From the IMG/VR virus record IMGVR_UViG_3300009320_000011, positions 11,152 to 75,151 of that record: 64,000 nt of DNA. One strand, 5' to 3'. Position 1 is the stretch's first letter. Each line of letters begins with the position of its first letter. The stretch comes from a virus. The position numbers and the translations under genes are program-made. This document shows positions 47,503 to 57,706 of the stretch, one piece after another. The notes under the pieces were generated by a model, which made no database searches, was not told where the DNA came from, and was given only the letters and a program-made list of their open reading frames with translations.

Positions 47503-48661
47503 GTTACCAGTTGGAGAACTTTTTAAGTTTTTTAATTTATTGGATATTGATGATAATGATACTGTTGATATTAATAGATATTTAGCTATTAAAAATCAAT
47601 ATAATAAATATAAACGTATTAATTCTTTAATAAAAAAACAGGGTCAAGTAAATATATATAAATTTGAAGATGATATAAATATTAAATGTGATGAAAAACA
47701 TTTAGTTAGATGTAATAATAGATTTATATGTATAAAAGATGCCGATACAGTTGATACAATATATGGAAATAAAAAAAAGATGGGGGCAATATCAGGAACT
47801 ATTAAAGATGTTTATGATTTTTCAATAGATAGTCCACACGAATATATAACATCTAATGGTGTTATTTGCCACAATACATCTTTAGCAAAATTATTGGTTA
47901 AGAATATAGATTGTGATTTCATGTATGTTAATGCCAGTGATAAAGGTAATATTGATTTTCTTAGAAACGAAATCATACCATTCGCAACATCAATTGGATT
48001 TAAGGATCGTAAAATTATAATTCTTGATGAAGCGGATTATTTATCATTTGGTGGAATGGGTGGTTCTCAACAAGCACTTAGAAATACAATGGAAGCATCA
48101 TCTAGAAATACAAGATTTATTTTAACTTGTAATTATGTTGAAAAAATAATTGATCCAATCAAAAGTCGTTGCGATGTATACCATATAACACCACCATCCA
48201 GGAAAGAGGTCGCTGTATTATTAACTAAAATTCTTAATAAAGAGCAAGTGGAATATGATGTATCTGATTTAGCAGTAGTTGTTAATTCAACATATCCGGA
48301 TATGAGGAGAGCTATTAATTTGATTCAACGACAATCCATTAATGGTAAACTTAAGATTAGCAAACAATCAATTATTGAATCAAATTATATGCTAAAAATA
48401 GCAGAAGAACTAAAATCCAATAAAGAACCAAAAGAAAAATTCAAATCAATACGTAAAATAATATCAGATAGTAAAGTAAGAGATTTCGAAGATTTATATA
48501 GATTTCTATTTGATAATGTAGATGACTATGCAAAAGGAAATATAGCATCTGTTATATTAGAAATAGCCGAGACTCAGTTTCAGTCGACTTTCGTGGTGGA
48601 TAAAGAAATTGCGGTAACAAGCTTATTGGTGAAATTAATTAGGACCATAAATGAAAAATAA
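47486..48661 (+). CDS. 130-aa intein C-fragment plus clamp loader ATPase C-extein
   Basis: CDEKHL, VYDFSI..HEY..NGVICHN/TSLAK; NASD, ILDEAD, SRC, PDMR. Confidence 0.9.
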   Translation: MKKKFRLPVGELFKFFNLLDIDDNDTVDINRYLAIKNQYNKYKRINSLIKKQGQVNIYKFEDDINIKCDEKHLVRCNNRFICIKDADTVDTIYGNKKKMGAISGTIKDVYDFSIDSPHEYITSNGVICHNTSLAKLLVKNIDCDFMYVNASDKGNIDFLRNEIIPFATSIGFKDRKIIILDEADYLSFGGMGGSQQALRNTMEASSRNTRFILTCNYVEKIIDPIKSRCDVYHITPPSRKEVAVLLTKILNKEQVEYDVSDLAVVVNSTYPDMRRAINLIQRQSINGKLKISKQSIIESNYMLKIAEELKSNKEPKEKFKSIRKIISDSKVRDFEDLYRFLFDNVDDYAKGNIASVILEIAETQFQSTFVVDKEIAVTSLLVKLIRTINEK

Positions 48662-48676
48662 AGGAGGAATAAAATA

Positions 48677-48877
48677 ATGACAAAACAAAATATTAATATA
48701 TCTGGTTTACCAAAAATTACATGTGAAGAATGCGATAGCGAAGTATTTGAACAAGTGTTCGTAATACATAAATTATCAGCATTAGATCCAGTAAATCCAG
48801 ATGGACAGGAAAGAATAATTCCTGCAATGGCTTTTAGATGTGCAAAATGTAGAGAAATACTTGACTATGAATACTAA
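48677..48877 (+). CDS. Small Zn-ribbon protein
   Basis: CEEC...CAKC. Confidence 0.7.
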   Translation: MTKQNINISGLPKITCEECDSEVFEQVFVIHKLSALDPVNPDGQERIIPAMAFRCAKCREILDYEY

Positions 48878-49337
48878 GAAAAAAGATGGCAACAAGGCAA
48901 AGACTATATTTGATAATATAAATGACCTAACAAATAAAAAAACACCGTGGTCAGAATATGATGAAATGGATAGAAAATCATTTAATGTATTTATGTTAAA
49001 TAGATGGTTATCTATGGATTTTGATTTAATTGATCTAGTTGATTATTTACAACAATATACAATTAATATACTGGATAAAGCATCTACATATAAAGTATAT
49101 TTTGATCTATTACCAAAAAAGAAAATATATAACAAATATATTGGCAAATCAAAGGGAAAAAGTAATAAGGAATTACTCGAAATATTATCAAAACATTTCC
49201 AAATCAGCCACACAGAAGCAGAAGATTATTTGGAAATAATAAATAAAAATGAAGATGGAAGATTATATCTTATTGGTGTAATGAAAATATACGGAATGGA
49301 CGATAAAGAAATAAAAAAAATAATCGGAAAAACATGA
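48867..49337 (+). CDS. Clamp loader small subunit (T4 gp62-like)
   Basis: IFD.IN, FMLNRWLS, LPKKK...KYI, S..EA.DY; synteny with gp44. Confidence 0.75.
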   Translation: MNTKKKDGNKAKTIFDNINDLTNKKTPWSEYDEMDRKSFNVFMLNRWLSMDFDLIDLVDYLQQYTINILDKASTYKVYFDLLPKKKIYNKYIGKSKGKSNKELLEILSKHFQISHTEAEDYLEIINKNEDGRLYLIGVMKIYGMDDKEIKKIIGKT

Positions 49338-50278
49338 TTAATCATAAAGCGATAGAAGGTGTTAGAAATACTGTGGATAATAAATCTGGCACAATAGTGT
49401 CGTATACTCAGTTTAGTATGTACTCATCATGTCCGTTATCATGGAAACTAAAATATATAGATAAGTTAGGCGATGATGTTTACAGCATCCACTTGCTTTT
49501 TGGATCGGCAATGCATACTGTGATCCAACGATATCTTCAAATGATGTTTGATACAACAATACAAAAACTAGAGGATTTTGACTGGAATAAATTATTAATG
49601 ACTGAAATGTTAAATGAATTTACTAATGCTAAAAAGAAAGGCAGTAAAGTTCAAATCACAAAAGATGAAATGTATTCTTTCTTAGAAGATGGTATAAAGA
49701 TATTAACTTGGTTCCGAAAAAATAGAGCAAAATATTATTCAAAACGAGGACACGACTTCGAAGGATCAGAAATACCAATCTATATACAGTTAACTGATAT
49801 AAATGAGAATATTTGGTTTTTAGCATATATTGATTTGATTATATCTGATACAACATATAAAAAGTTCTATATGCAAGATATTAAAACATCAACAAAAGGT
49901 TGGAATCAATACCAAAAGAAAGATAAAACAAAACTAGCTCAATTGGTTCTGTATAAATATTTTTTTAGTAAATTATATAAGATTAATATTGACGATATTG
50001 AAGCAAGTTATTTTATATTGAAGAGAGAAATATATGAGGATTCTATATATCCACAAAGAAGGGTACAAGAATTTAAACCATCAACTGGAAGTGTTACTAC
50101 AAATCGGGTGCTAAAGGAATTTAGAGAGTTTATTGAACACTGTTTTAATGATGATGGAAGTTATAATATAGAAGCAGAATATAAAGCTGTACATGGACCG
50201 AGAGAATACAACTGTACTTTTTGTGATTTTAAGGATAAACATGAATTATGCCACCTAAATAAAAGAACTGAATCATGA
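49334..50278 (+). CDS. PD-(D/E)XK exonuclease (Cas4/RecB-like)
   Basis: SYTQ....CP, FGSAMH, YIDL, DIKTS, QL.LY, C..CDF...C. Confidence 0.8.
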   Translation: MINHKAIEGVRNTVDNKSGTIVSYTQFSMYSSCPLSWKLKYIDKLGDDVYSIHLLFGSAMHTVIQRYLQMMFDTTIQKLEDFDWNKLLMTEMLNEFTNAKKKGSKVQITKDEMYSFLEDGIKILTWFRKNRAKYYSKRGHDFEGSEIPIYIQLTDINENIWFLAYIDLIISDTTYKKFYMQDIKTSTKGWNQYQKKDKTKLAQLVLYKYFFSKLYKINIDDIEASYFILKREIYEDSIYPQRRVQEFKPSTGSVTTNRVLKEFREFIEHCFNDDGSYNIEAEYKAVHGPREYNCTFCDFKDKHELCHLNKRTES

Positions 50279-50562
50279 GCAAAAAAGAAAAACCAATAAT
50301 ATTAGTTGTATATGTCGGCATATTCGATACAGACGCTGCATATACAAAACAATATATATGTGAAATTGAAGAATCACTAAATAAATCAAGGGGTATGTTT
50401 GGTGATGAAGATATTGTAATGTTTATCGTTCCAGATTACGATGATACTGGCATACGAATTGAGTGTATAAATCCTGTCTTCGTATCAGAATCAGAATTTA
50501 ATGAAATTGAAATCAAACTAAAAGAAACCAAAAAGAAACTTGATAAATATCTAGATGAATGA
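50275..50562 (+). CDS. Hypothetical protein
   Basis: Intact ORF with RIECINP. Confidence 0.55.
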   Translation: MSKKEKPIILVVYVGIFDTDAAYTKQYICEIEESLNKSRGMFGDEDIVMFIVPDYDDTGIRIECINPVFVSESEFNEIEIKLKETKKKLDKYLDE

Positions 50563-51340
50563 AATAGTAAAATATGAATTGGGCGAAGTCCGACTAGGAG
50601 ATTGCTTGGAACTTATGAAAGACATACCAGAAAAAAGTATTGATATGGTTCTTTGTGATCTGCCGTATGGAACTACTAGCTGTAAGTGGGATACTATTAT
50701 TCCACTTGAACCTCTCTGGAATGAATATGAAAGAATAATTAAAAAAAATATTGCAGTAGTATTATTTTGCCAACAACCATTTACTAGTTTTTTGATTAGT
50801 AGTAATTTTGAAATGTTTAAGTATATGTGGTATTGGAGAAAGTCGCGACCATCTGGTTATGTTAATGCAAAACTTAAACCACTAAAGGATATTGAGGAAA
50901 TAACAGTATTCTCATACGGAACTACAGCAAACGGATCAGCTAATAATATGACATATTATCCGCAAAATTTGGTTGAAGTGAATAAAGAGTGGAAAAGACC
51001 AAAAACATATAATACTAATAGAGCGGTTAATCCCGGTAGAAAGAGTAATAAGCTAAAAAGAATTATACGATTTGAAGGATATCCAAGGCAAATTTTAGAT
51101 TTTAGTATGCATAATGAGAACCAATATCATGATACTCAAAAACCGGTCGCACTTTTTGAATACTTAATTAAAACATATACGAACGAAGGAGATTTAGTTT
51201 TAGATAACTGCGCGGGAAGTGGAACGGCTGGGGTTGCTTGCATAAATACGAACCGTAGATTTATTCTTATGGAGAAAGAACAAAAATACTTTGAAATCAT
51301 AAAAGAAAGATTAAATAAACTAGAAAATAAATGGTGGTAA
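50555..51340 (+). CDS. Beta-class DNA methyltransferase (N6_N4_Mtase)
   Basis: GDCLE, CDLPYG, HDTQKPV, VLDNCAGSG. Confidence 0.9.
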   Translation: MNEIVKYELGEVRLGDCLELMKDIPEKSIDMVLCDLPYGTTSCKWDTIIPLEPLWNEYERIIKKNIAVVLFCQQPFTSFLISSNFEMFKYMWYWRKSRPSGYVNAKLKPLKDIEEITVFSYGTTANGSANNMTYYPQNLVEVNKEWKRPKTYNTNRAVNPGRKSNKLKRIIRFEGYPRQILDFSMHNENQYHDTQKPVALFEYLIKTYTNEGDLVLDNCAGSGTAGVACINTNRRFILMEKEQKYFEIIKERLNKLENKWW

Positions 51341-51343
51341 AAA

Positions 51344-51751
51344 ATGAAAATAGCAATAGTTGGCAGTAGAACTTTTTCTGATGAGATGATGATTCGAGAT
51401 TGCGTAAATCAACTCAAAGAAAAATATGAAGATAAACTAACAATAGTGTCGGGAGGAGCAAAAGATGGAGCTGATGCATATGCTAAGAAATATGCTATAT
51501 TTTTTAGCATTGAATACCACGAATATAATCCAGCTCATACTAGAAAGAACCAATATTCAATAATGCCACAATCATACTTTGGAAAAGGATATCATCCGTC
51601 TCACTTCTTCCATCGTAATACATTGATAGTTAAGAACTCAGATGTAGTTATAGCATTTATTAATCCACATACAAAATCAACTGGAACAAGACATACAATA
51701 AGTGAAGCAGAAAAGATTAATAAACCGGTATTAATTTTTGAACAAATATGA
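51344..51751 (+). CDS. SLOG/YspA-like (DUF2493) protein
   Basis: IAIVGSR, VSGGAKDGAD, RN.LIV..SD, STGT. Confidence 0.75.
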   Translation: MKIAIVGSRTFSDEMMIRDCVNQLKEKYEDKLTIVSGGAKDGADAYAKKYAIFFSIEYHEYNPAHTRKNQYSIMPQSYFGKGYHPSHFFHRNTLIVKNSDVVIAFINPHTKSTGTRHTISEAEKINKPVLIFEQI

Positions 51752-52962
51752 ATAAAGATCTAACTATAGATGTGGATGATATTGTATTGTTAGTTGAACC
51801 ACGACACAAAACTATTACATATAATATAGCGTTACTTAAATTTGCTAGATATTGTAAAGATAATAATGTTAAGTTTCAATATATAAGGGGGGTAATTAGG
51901 CCAGATATAGTTCCTACAAAAATATTTATGTCATGTATATTTTCATGTTATACTAGTACGTATGATAAAACTATAGATTTTTATCAAAGATTGTTTCCAT
52001 CTGCAAGGTTTATTGTTGGTGGGGTTTTTCCAACTATGAGTCCTGGTTATTTTGATAAACATAAGTCGTTTTTTTATGATATCGAAACATATAGTGGGGT
52101 GTGTTCTTTAATTGATAATGTGGTACCATTATATAATTGTGATATTAAAGATGAAGAAGTACCATTGCGGTTTGGTGGAAGATTAGAAAAATTAAAAAAT
52201 AAAAAGAATTTATTTGCATACTATACATCAAGAGGATGTAATAATAAATGTAAATATTGTGCTGTCCCAATGGTTGAAGGAAAAATATCTTGTAAAAAAT
52301 CTATGAGTGATGCAATAAGGTTTGCAAAAATGGAATTGGGATATAATTGTAAAAAATTAATACTACTTGATAATAATTTTGTAGCAAATCCAGAATATAA
52401 TAATATAATAACAGAAATAGTTGATGCTAATTTAAAGGTGGACATTGTATCTGGATTTGAAATGAAATTGTTTACTGATGAGGTTGCAAAAAATATTTCT
52501 AGATTAACATTCACTTCTCAAGGAAATGCACCAGGCACTGTGCCATATATTAGATTTGCTTATGATAGAAAGGCAGATAAGAAATGGTTGGATAGAACCA
52601 TTCTTTTAATTAAAAAATATAATATTAAGGCATATCCATTTTTATATATGCTGTATAACTTTAATGATACTCCAGAAGAAATATATGAAAGAATACAATA
52701 TTGTTATGAAATAACTCTAAAGTATAAACAATCTATTTTTATATTTCCACAAAGATACATACCATATGATTCGTTAAAAGTAAATGAATATGTATCACCA
52801 AATTGGACTGAAGATCAAGTACGGGGATTTAGATATTTAACAACAGTGGACACTCATGGATTTGTAGGCATAACAACTTCCGGTAGAATCTTTGATTATA
52901 TAGGTAAAACACAAGAAGAATTTATATACAAAATAGAAAACTATTTTACATTAAAAAAATAA
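51748..52962 (+). CDS. Radical SAM protein
   Basis: TSRGCNNKCKYC, LLDNN; IVGG upstream. Confidence 0.85.
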   Translation: MNKDLTIDVDDIVLLVEPRHKTITYNIALLKFARYCKDNNVKFQYIRGVIRPDIVPTKIFMSCIFSCYTSTYDKTIDFYQRLFPSARFIVGGVFPTMSPGYFDKHKSFFYDIETYSGVCSLIDNVVPLYNCDIKDEEVPLRFGGRLEKLKNKKNLFAYYTSRGCNNKCKYCAVPMVEGKISCKKSMSDAIRFAKMELGYNCKKLILLDNNFVANPEYNNIITEIVDANLKVDIVSGFEMKLFTDEVAKNISRLTFTSQGNAPGTVPYIRFAYDRKADKKWLDRTILLIKKYNIKAYPFLYMLYNFNDTPEEIYERIQYCYEITLKYKQSIFIFPQRYIPYDSLKVNEYVSPNWTEDQVRGFRYLTTVDTHGFVGITTSGRIFDYIGKTQEEFIYKIENYFTLKK

Positions 52963-53001
52963 TCCAATAAAATTGAAAACAATATATATAAGAAATAAGT
53001 T

Positions 53002-53226
53002 ATGAAACAAAAATACAGAAATATATCTTTCGAAATAACATCTCAATTAAATGATGAGATATCTGAAATAATAAATAATGGTGGAATTATAGATAGTATT
53101 ATACCACTACGATCTATAGTGTATCATGCAAGTGAGGCAAGGCAATCTCATCTACCGGGATCGCCCGGAAATATTGATGTAGATAAAATATGTTGCCAAG
53201 AGGTATTTGTATTATATCACAAATAA
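53002..53226 (+). CDS. Hypothetical protein
   Basis: Intact ORF. Confidence 0.45.
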   Translation: MKQKYRNISFEITSQLNDEISEIINNGGIIDSIIPLRSIVYHASEARQSHLPGSPGNIDVDKICCQEVFVLYHK

Positions 53227-53238
53227 AATCAATAAAAT

Positions 53239-53379
53239 ATGGAATGGATAAACGTAAAAGATAGACTGCCAACAAGAAGCGTAACTATTTTATTTTGTAC
53301 CGAAGACGTGCACTCTGAAGTTCTACAATTTATACCATGGAAGGAAAATTTACAAAAAGGACCAAGACTAATAAAATAA
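53239..53379 (+). CDS. Small DUF551-like protein or remnant (46 aa)
   Basis: MEWINVKDRLP start, translated by hand. Confidence 0.5.
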   Translation: MEWINVKDRLPTRSVTILFCTEDVHSEVLQFIPWKENLQKGPRLIK

Positions 53380-53386
53380 TAAAAAC

Positions 53387-54922
53387 ATGAGTGAACAGAA
53401 AATTAACTTACCAAAACTTAAGAAAATAGGGGAAAATACTAAGAAAAAGCCTTGTATATTATTACTCAGCGACGATTTGAGATTATTTTCAGGAATTGCT
53501 TGCATGTCCAAAGAAATTGTTCTTGGCATAGTCCATAAATATCGGATTGTGCAATTAGGTTCGGCGATTTCTAATCCCGACGTGGGCAAAATACTAGACC
53601 TCTCTGCTGAAATCGCAAAAGAAACCGGCGTAAAGGATGCAAATGTAAAACTTTATCCCTTCAATGGGTACGGGAATCAAGAGGTCCTTCGTGAACTAAT
53701 AAACCGAGAGCAGCCGGATGCAATACTCCATTATACAGATCCAAGATTCTGGAATTGGCTATACCAGATGGAACATGAAGTACGACAGTCAATTCCAGTG
53801 TTTTTTTATGCAATTTGGGACTGCCCACCCCCTCCACTGTGGAACAAACCATTCTATGAATCATGTGATTTGATTATGAATATATCAAAACAGACACATG
53901 CATTAGTAAAAGCCGTTATGGGCGACGATATTACTGTCGATCTTGAAAAAGAGGAAGCTGTGAGCAAGGGACACGGTAAAACATTATTAAGTTATGTTCC
54001 ACATGGAATCAACGAAAAATATTTCCATCCAATCACTGATGAATCCGAAAAAATCAAAGCCAAAGAAACAGTCACTAAAGTATGGGGCGATACATCAAAA
54101 TATGATTTCATCCTATTCTATAATAACCGGAACATCAGAAGAAAGATGACAGCAGATATAATTTATGCATATAGATTATTCTGTGAAGAATTACCAGAAG
54201 GTAAAGCAAAAAAATGTTTGCTAGCACTACATACAGCACCGATGGACGATGCTGGTACTAACTTACAAGCTGTGGTTGATACATTATGCCAAGATCAGAA
54301 TGTTATTTTCTCGAAAGATAAAGTATCAACTGTTGAATTAAATCATTTATATAATCGAGTGGATGTAACGATTATGGCATCATCAAATGAAGGGTTCGGG
54401 CTAGGAACAGCCGAATCACTTATGGCTGGAACTCCGATCATCGTAAATGTAACTGGAGGACTTCAAGATCAATGTGGCTTCAAAAATGAAAAAGGCGAAT
54501 ATTTAACAGTCAACGATTATAGTGAAGAGTGGCCATCAAACCACGATGGCAGATATCGTAATCACGGAGATTGGGTTAAAGTGGTTTGGCCATCCAACAG
54601 AAGTATTCAAGGATCAATACCAACACCATATATAGCGGACGATCGTTGTAGATTTGAAGATATTGCAGTCAAAATCAGAGAGTGGTATGACACCTCTAAA
54701 GAAGAACGAAAAGAACGAGGTCTAAATGGAAGAGAATATCTACTAAGACCAGAATCTGGCATGTCAGCATCTGAAATGTGTAATCGCTTTATAGAGGATA
54801 TGGATTTTGCATTGGAGAATTGGGCACCAAAAAAACGGTTCAAATTATACAAAGCTGAAAAAGTAGAAGTGAAAAAAACAAAATTAACAAAATCAACATT
54901 TACAGATAATAAATTTATATAA
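53387..54922 (+). CDS. GT-B glycosyltransferase (GT4-like)
   Basis: VPHGI, NRNIRRK, NEGFGL..AES..AGTPI. Confidence 0.85.
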   Translation: MSEQKINLPKLKKIGENTKKKPCILLLSDDLRLFSGIACMSKEIVLGIVHKYRIVQLGSAISNPDVGKILDLSAEIAKETGVKDANVKLYPFNGYGNQEVLRELINREQPDAILHYTDPRFWNWLYQMEHEVRQSIPVFFYAIWDCPPPPLWNKPFYESCDLIMNISKQTHALVKAVMGDDITVDLEKEEAVSKGHGKTLLSYVPHGINEKYFHPITDESEKIKAKETVTKVWGDTSKYDFILFYNNRNIRRKMTADIIYAYRLFCEELPEGKAKKCLLALHTAPMDDAGTNLQAVVDTLCQDQNVIFSKDKVSTVELNHLYNRVDVTIMASSNEGFGLGTAESLMAGTPIIVNVTGGLQDQCGFKNEKGEYLTVNDYSEEWPSNHDGRYRNHGDWVKVVWPSNRSIQGSIPTPYIADDRCRFEDIAVKIREWYDTSKEERKERGLNGREYLLRPESGMSASEMCNRFIEDMDFALENWAPKKRFKLYKAEKVEVKKTKLTKSTFTDNKFI

Positions 54923-54926
54923 AATT

Positions 54927-55184
54927 ATGGACTTCAAAGAAGTAAGAAAAGCAAAATCAAAATTATACGAGAAGTATAAAAAACTATTCAAAGAAGAAGA
55001 ACTAACATTTGATGTATTCATAACTAAAAGAGATGAAAAGTATGCACTTTATGTATTAGTAGAGGAATGTACTGATGAAGCAAAATCATTTACAAACGAA
55101 ACAATACCAAAATCATTCGAATACAAAGATAATACATATCGAGTTATTAGAGAATTTGGTGTATATACAATGATAAAACAGTAG
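54927..55184 (+). CDS. Hypothetical protein
   Basis: Intact ORF. Confidence 0.5.
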   Translation: MDFKEVRKAKSKLYEKYKKLFKEEELTFDVFITKRDEKYALYVLVEECTDEAKSFTNETIPKSFEYKDNTYRVIREFGVYTMIKQ

Positions 55185-55188
55185 AATT

Positions 55189-55500
55189 ATGAAAAAAGAA
55201 ATCAATTATTTAGAAGATATATATCCACTTACAATTGTAACAATGAGATATGGTGGAAAATATATTATATTTAATATGGAATCTGATAGTGAGCTTATAC
55301 ATGATATTCAATTAGGCGAATCAGCGATGTATGATACAGAAAAATATATTGAAGAAAAATATTCCGGATTGTTTGGAATAGGGAATACGATTTGCAATGC
55401 ATTTGTCGATTTTCAGAAAAGAGCTGGTAAAGAAAATGAAGTTGGATACGTCTATATTAACCCAGCAATAAATAAGATTTCTTATAAAACAGTAGAATAA
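55189..55500 (+). CDS. Hypothetical protein
   Basis: Intact ORF. Confidence 0.5.
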   Translation: MKKEINYLEDIYPLTIVTMRYGGKYIIFNMESDSELIHDIQLGESAMYDTEKYIEEKYSGLFGIGNTICNAFVDFQKRAGKENEVGYVYINPAINKISYKTVE

Positions 55501-55562
55501 TGTCTAAAATTGAAAAATGAAAATAGAAGAAAAATATTATAATACACAAAGAGAAAGATTAC

Positions 55563-56909
55563 ATGGAAAAAGATATTAAAGCGGAAGAAAATAAGAAGCT
55601 CTGCATCATTTCGAGCCCGATCGCTACACGCAGCGGATATGGAAGCCATGCGAGAGATTTAGTAAGATCCATAATTCGAGTTCACCCAGATTGGGATATT
55701 AAATTAATTAGCACAAAATGGGGGTCGTGCCCGATGAATGTACTAACTGAAGAGGTAGATGATGATTTGATCTCTAGACTTGTATTTCAACAAATGAATA
55801 AGCAGCCAGATATCTGGATCCAAATTACTATACCATCTGAGTTCCAACGTGTGGGAAAGTTTAATATAGGGATAACGGCAGCCATAGAGTCTAATATTTG
55901 CGATCCTAGCTGGATAGAAGGCGCGAATCGTATGGATCTAATTATAGCAACATCAAAACATTCCAAATCAACGCTGGCTGACGTTGGATTTGATAAAATG
56001 GACTCAAATACCAAAAAGAAAATCGGCGAAATTAAATTAAATAAACCGGTGGAAATACTCTTCGAAGGAATCTCAACGGACATCTATAAGAAGACTAAAG
56101 AAATTTCGAAAGAACTAAAGGATGAACTAAAACAAATTCCAGAAAAATTCTTATTTTGCTTTGTCGGACACTGGTTATCTGGAATCACCGGACAAGACCG
56201 AAAAGATGTAGGAATGCTAATTCGTACTTTCTGTGAAGCATTCAAATCAAAACAACCACAAAATCGACCAGGATTAATTCTAAAAACTAGCGGAGCAACA
56301 TTTTCAGCAATTGATCGTACTGAAATGTTAGAGAAGATAGACAACATCAGAAAAAAATTCAAGTATGATACACCAAATATCTATTTATTGCATGGTGATC
56401 TTACTGACCAAGAAATGAACAGCCTCTATAATCATGATAAAGTGAAGGTACATATAACATTTACAAAAGGTGAAGGCTTTGGTAGACCACTACTCGAAGC
56501 ATCCATCTCTGGAAAACCAATTATAGCATCTGGTTGGAGTGGACAACTTGATTTTTTGAATCCGAACTATAATACTCTATTACCAGGAACTCTAACTGAC
56601 GTACATCCGTCTGCTTTCGTTAAAAACATGATTATAAAAGGATCAAAATGGTTTACGGTTGATTATAACGAGGCAAAAAGAATAATGCTTGATATTTATA
56701 AGAGATATGACTCTTATCTTGAACTATCTCAGAAAAATACAGCATACAGTTCCGAAAACTTTAGTTTGGAGGTTATGGATAAAGTATTTAAGAATATATT
56801 GGATAAGCATATTAACTTACCAACTGAAATGAAATTGAATTTACCAAAATTGAATATGAAAAAAGAGGAACCAAAAGAATTTAAGATACCAAAACTAAAG
56901 AAAATGTAA
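55563..56909 (+). CDS. GT-B glycosyltransferase (GT4-like)
   Basis: TRSGYG.HAR, DRK, GEGFGRPLLEA..GKPII..WSG..DF. Confidence 0.85.
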   Translation: MEKDIKAEENKKLCIISSPIATRSGYGSHARDLVRSIIRVHPDWDIKLISTKWGSCPMNVLTEEVDDDLISRLVFQQMNKQPDIWIQITIPSEFQRVGKFNIGITAAIESNICDPSWIEGANRMDLIIATSKHSKSTLADVGFDKMDSNTKKKIGEIKLNKPVEILFEGISTDIYKKTKEISKELKDELKQIPEKFLFCFVGHWLSGITGQDRKDVGMLIRTFCEAFKSKQPQNRPGLILKTSGATFSAIDRTEMLEKIDNIRKKFKYDTPNIYLLHGDLTDQEMNSLYNHDKVKVHITFTKGEGFGRPLLEASISGKPIIASGWSGQLDFLNPNYNTLLPGTLTDVHPSAFVKNMIIKGSKWFTVDYNEAKRIMLDIYKRYDSYLELSQKNTAYSSENFSLEVMDKVFKNILDKHINLPTEMKLNLPKLNMKKEEPKEFKIPKLKKM

Positions 56910-56910
56910 A

Positions 56911-57228
56911 ATGAATGAATTAGAAAAAATATGCGTGAATAATCTTGGATCAGCCGGCCGACTAATATCTGCTAGTAAGAGTTTTTATCGTGATCAATTT
57001 CCCGACAATGAAGTATATTTTAATGCGAATATTATATGCGGATCAGTAGGTAAAATCTGGTTTGGAGACATAGATTGCACGATTGATTCTGAAGAACTAA
57101 TCAAAATCGCAGACGAAATTGATGAAGATATATATGTACTATATGAAATGGACGCAAGATTTGGAGAAGAAAATAAACCATTTGACGAGCTAAAAAAGAA
57201 AGCAGTCTGGTCTTCAGAAGGAAAATAA
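56911..57228 (+). CDS. Hypothetical protein
   Basis: FNAN..KIWFGDID; intact ORF. Confidence 0.55.
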   Translation: MNELEKICVNNLGSAGRLISASKSFYRDQFPDNEVYFNANIICGSVGKIWFGDIDCTIDSEELIKIADEIDEDIYVLYEMDARFGEENKPFDELKKKAVWSSEGK

Positions 57229-57229
57229 A

Positions 57230-57691
57230 ATGGGCTTCTATAACTCACATATACTAAATATAAACGATAAAATCCAGTTCTCAATACCAAACTTAGAAAA
57301 AGGAATGGTAATCAACTGTATGTATAAACCAGAATATGCAGTAACACCAAAGAAATATATGTTGTTGATTCTGAATCCAAGATATAAAAACAAAATTCAT
57401 GCATTGAGTCTAGATGAATTTAATGTAAATAATTTCAATCGATTGGCTGAAAATACTGGTTTGGTTTATATACCAAAAATAAGAAGATTTAGGAAATTAC
57501 GAATACCAAAATTAATTATGGAAGTCTCAAGTAGAAGATTCTATTATGGTAAACTAAAAAAAGAATTGAAAAATCATTACAACGGCGGCTACAGAACATT
57601 TCTTATAAATAAAATGACGACTATAACGCTAATCGATTATAAATTTAATGATCACATAGAACGAAAGTTTTTACTAGAAACAAGAAAATAA
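57230..57691 (+). CDS. Hypothetical basic protein
   Basis: Intact ORF. Confidence 0.55.
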   Translation: MGFYNSHILNINDKIQFSIPNLEKGMVINCMYKPEYAVTPKKYMLLILNPRYKNKIHALSLDEFNVNNFNRLAENTGLVYIPKIRRFRKLRIPKLIMEVSSRRFYYGKLKKELKNHYNGGYRTFLINKMTTITLIDYKFNDHIERKFLLETRK

Positions 57692-57706
57692 ACAAAAACA
57701 AAAATT

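Noticed and set aside
49334-50278. Cas4-like gene as evidence of a CRISPR-Cas system
   Set aside because: No other cas genes or array; stand-alone Cas4-like nucleases are common in phage replication modules
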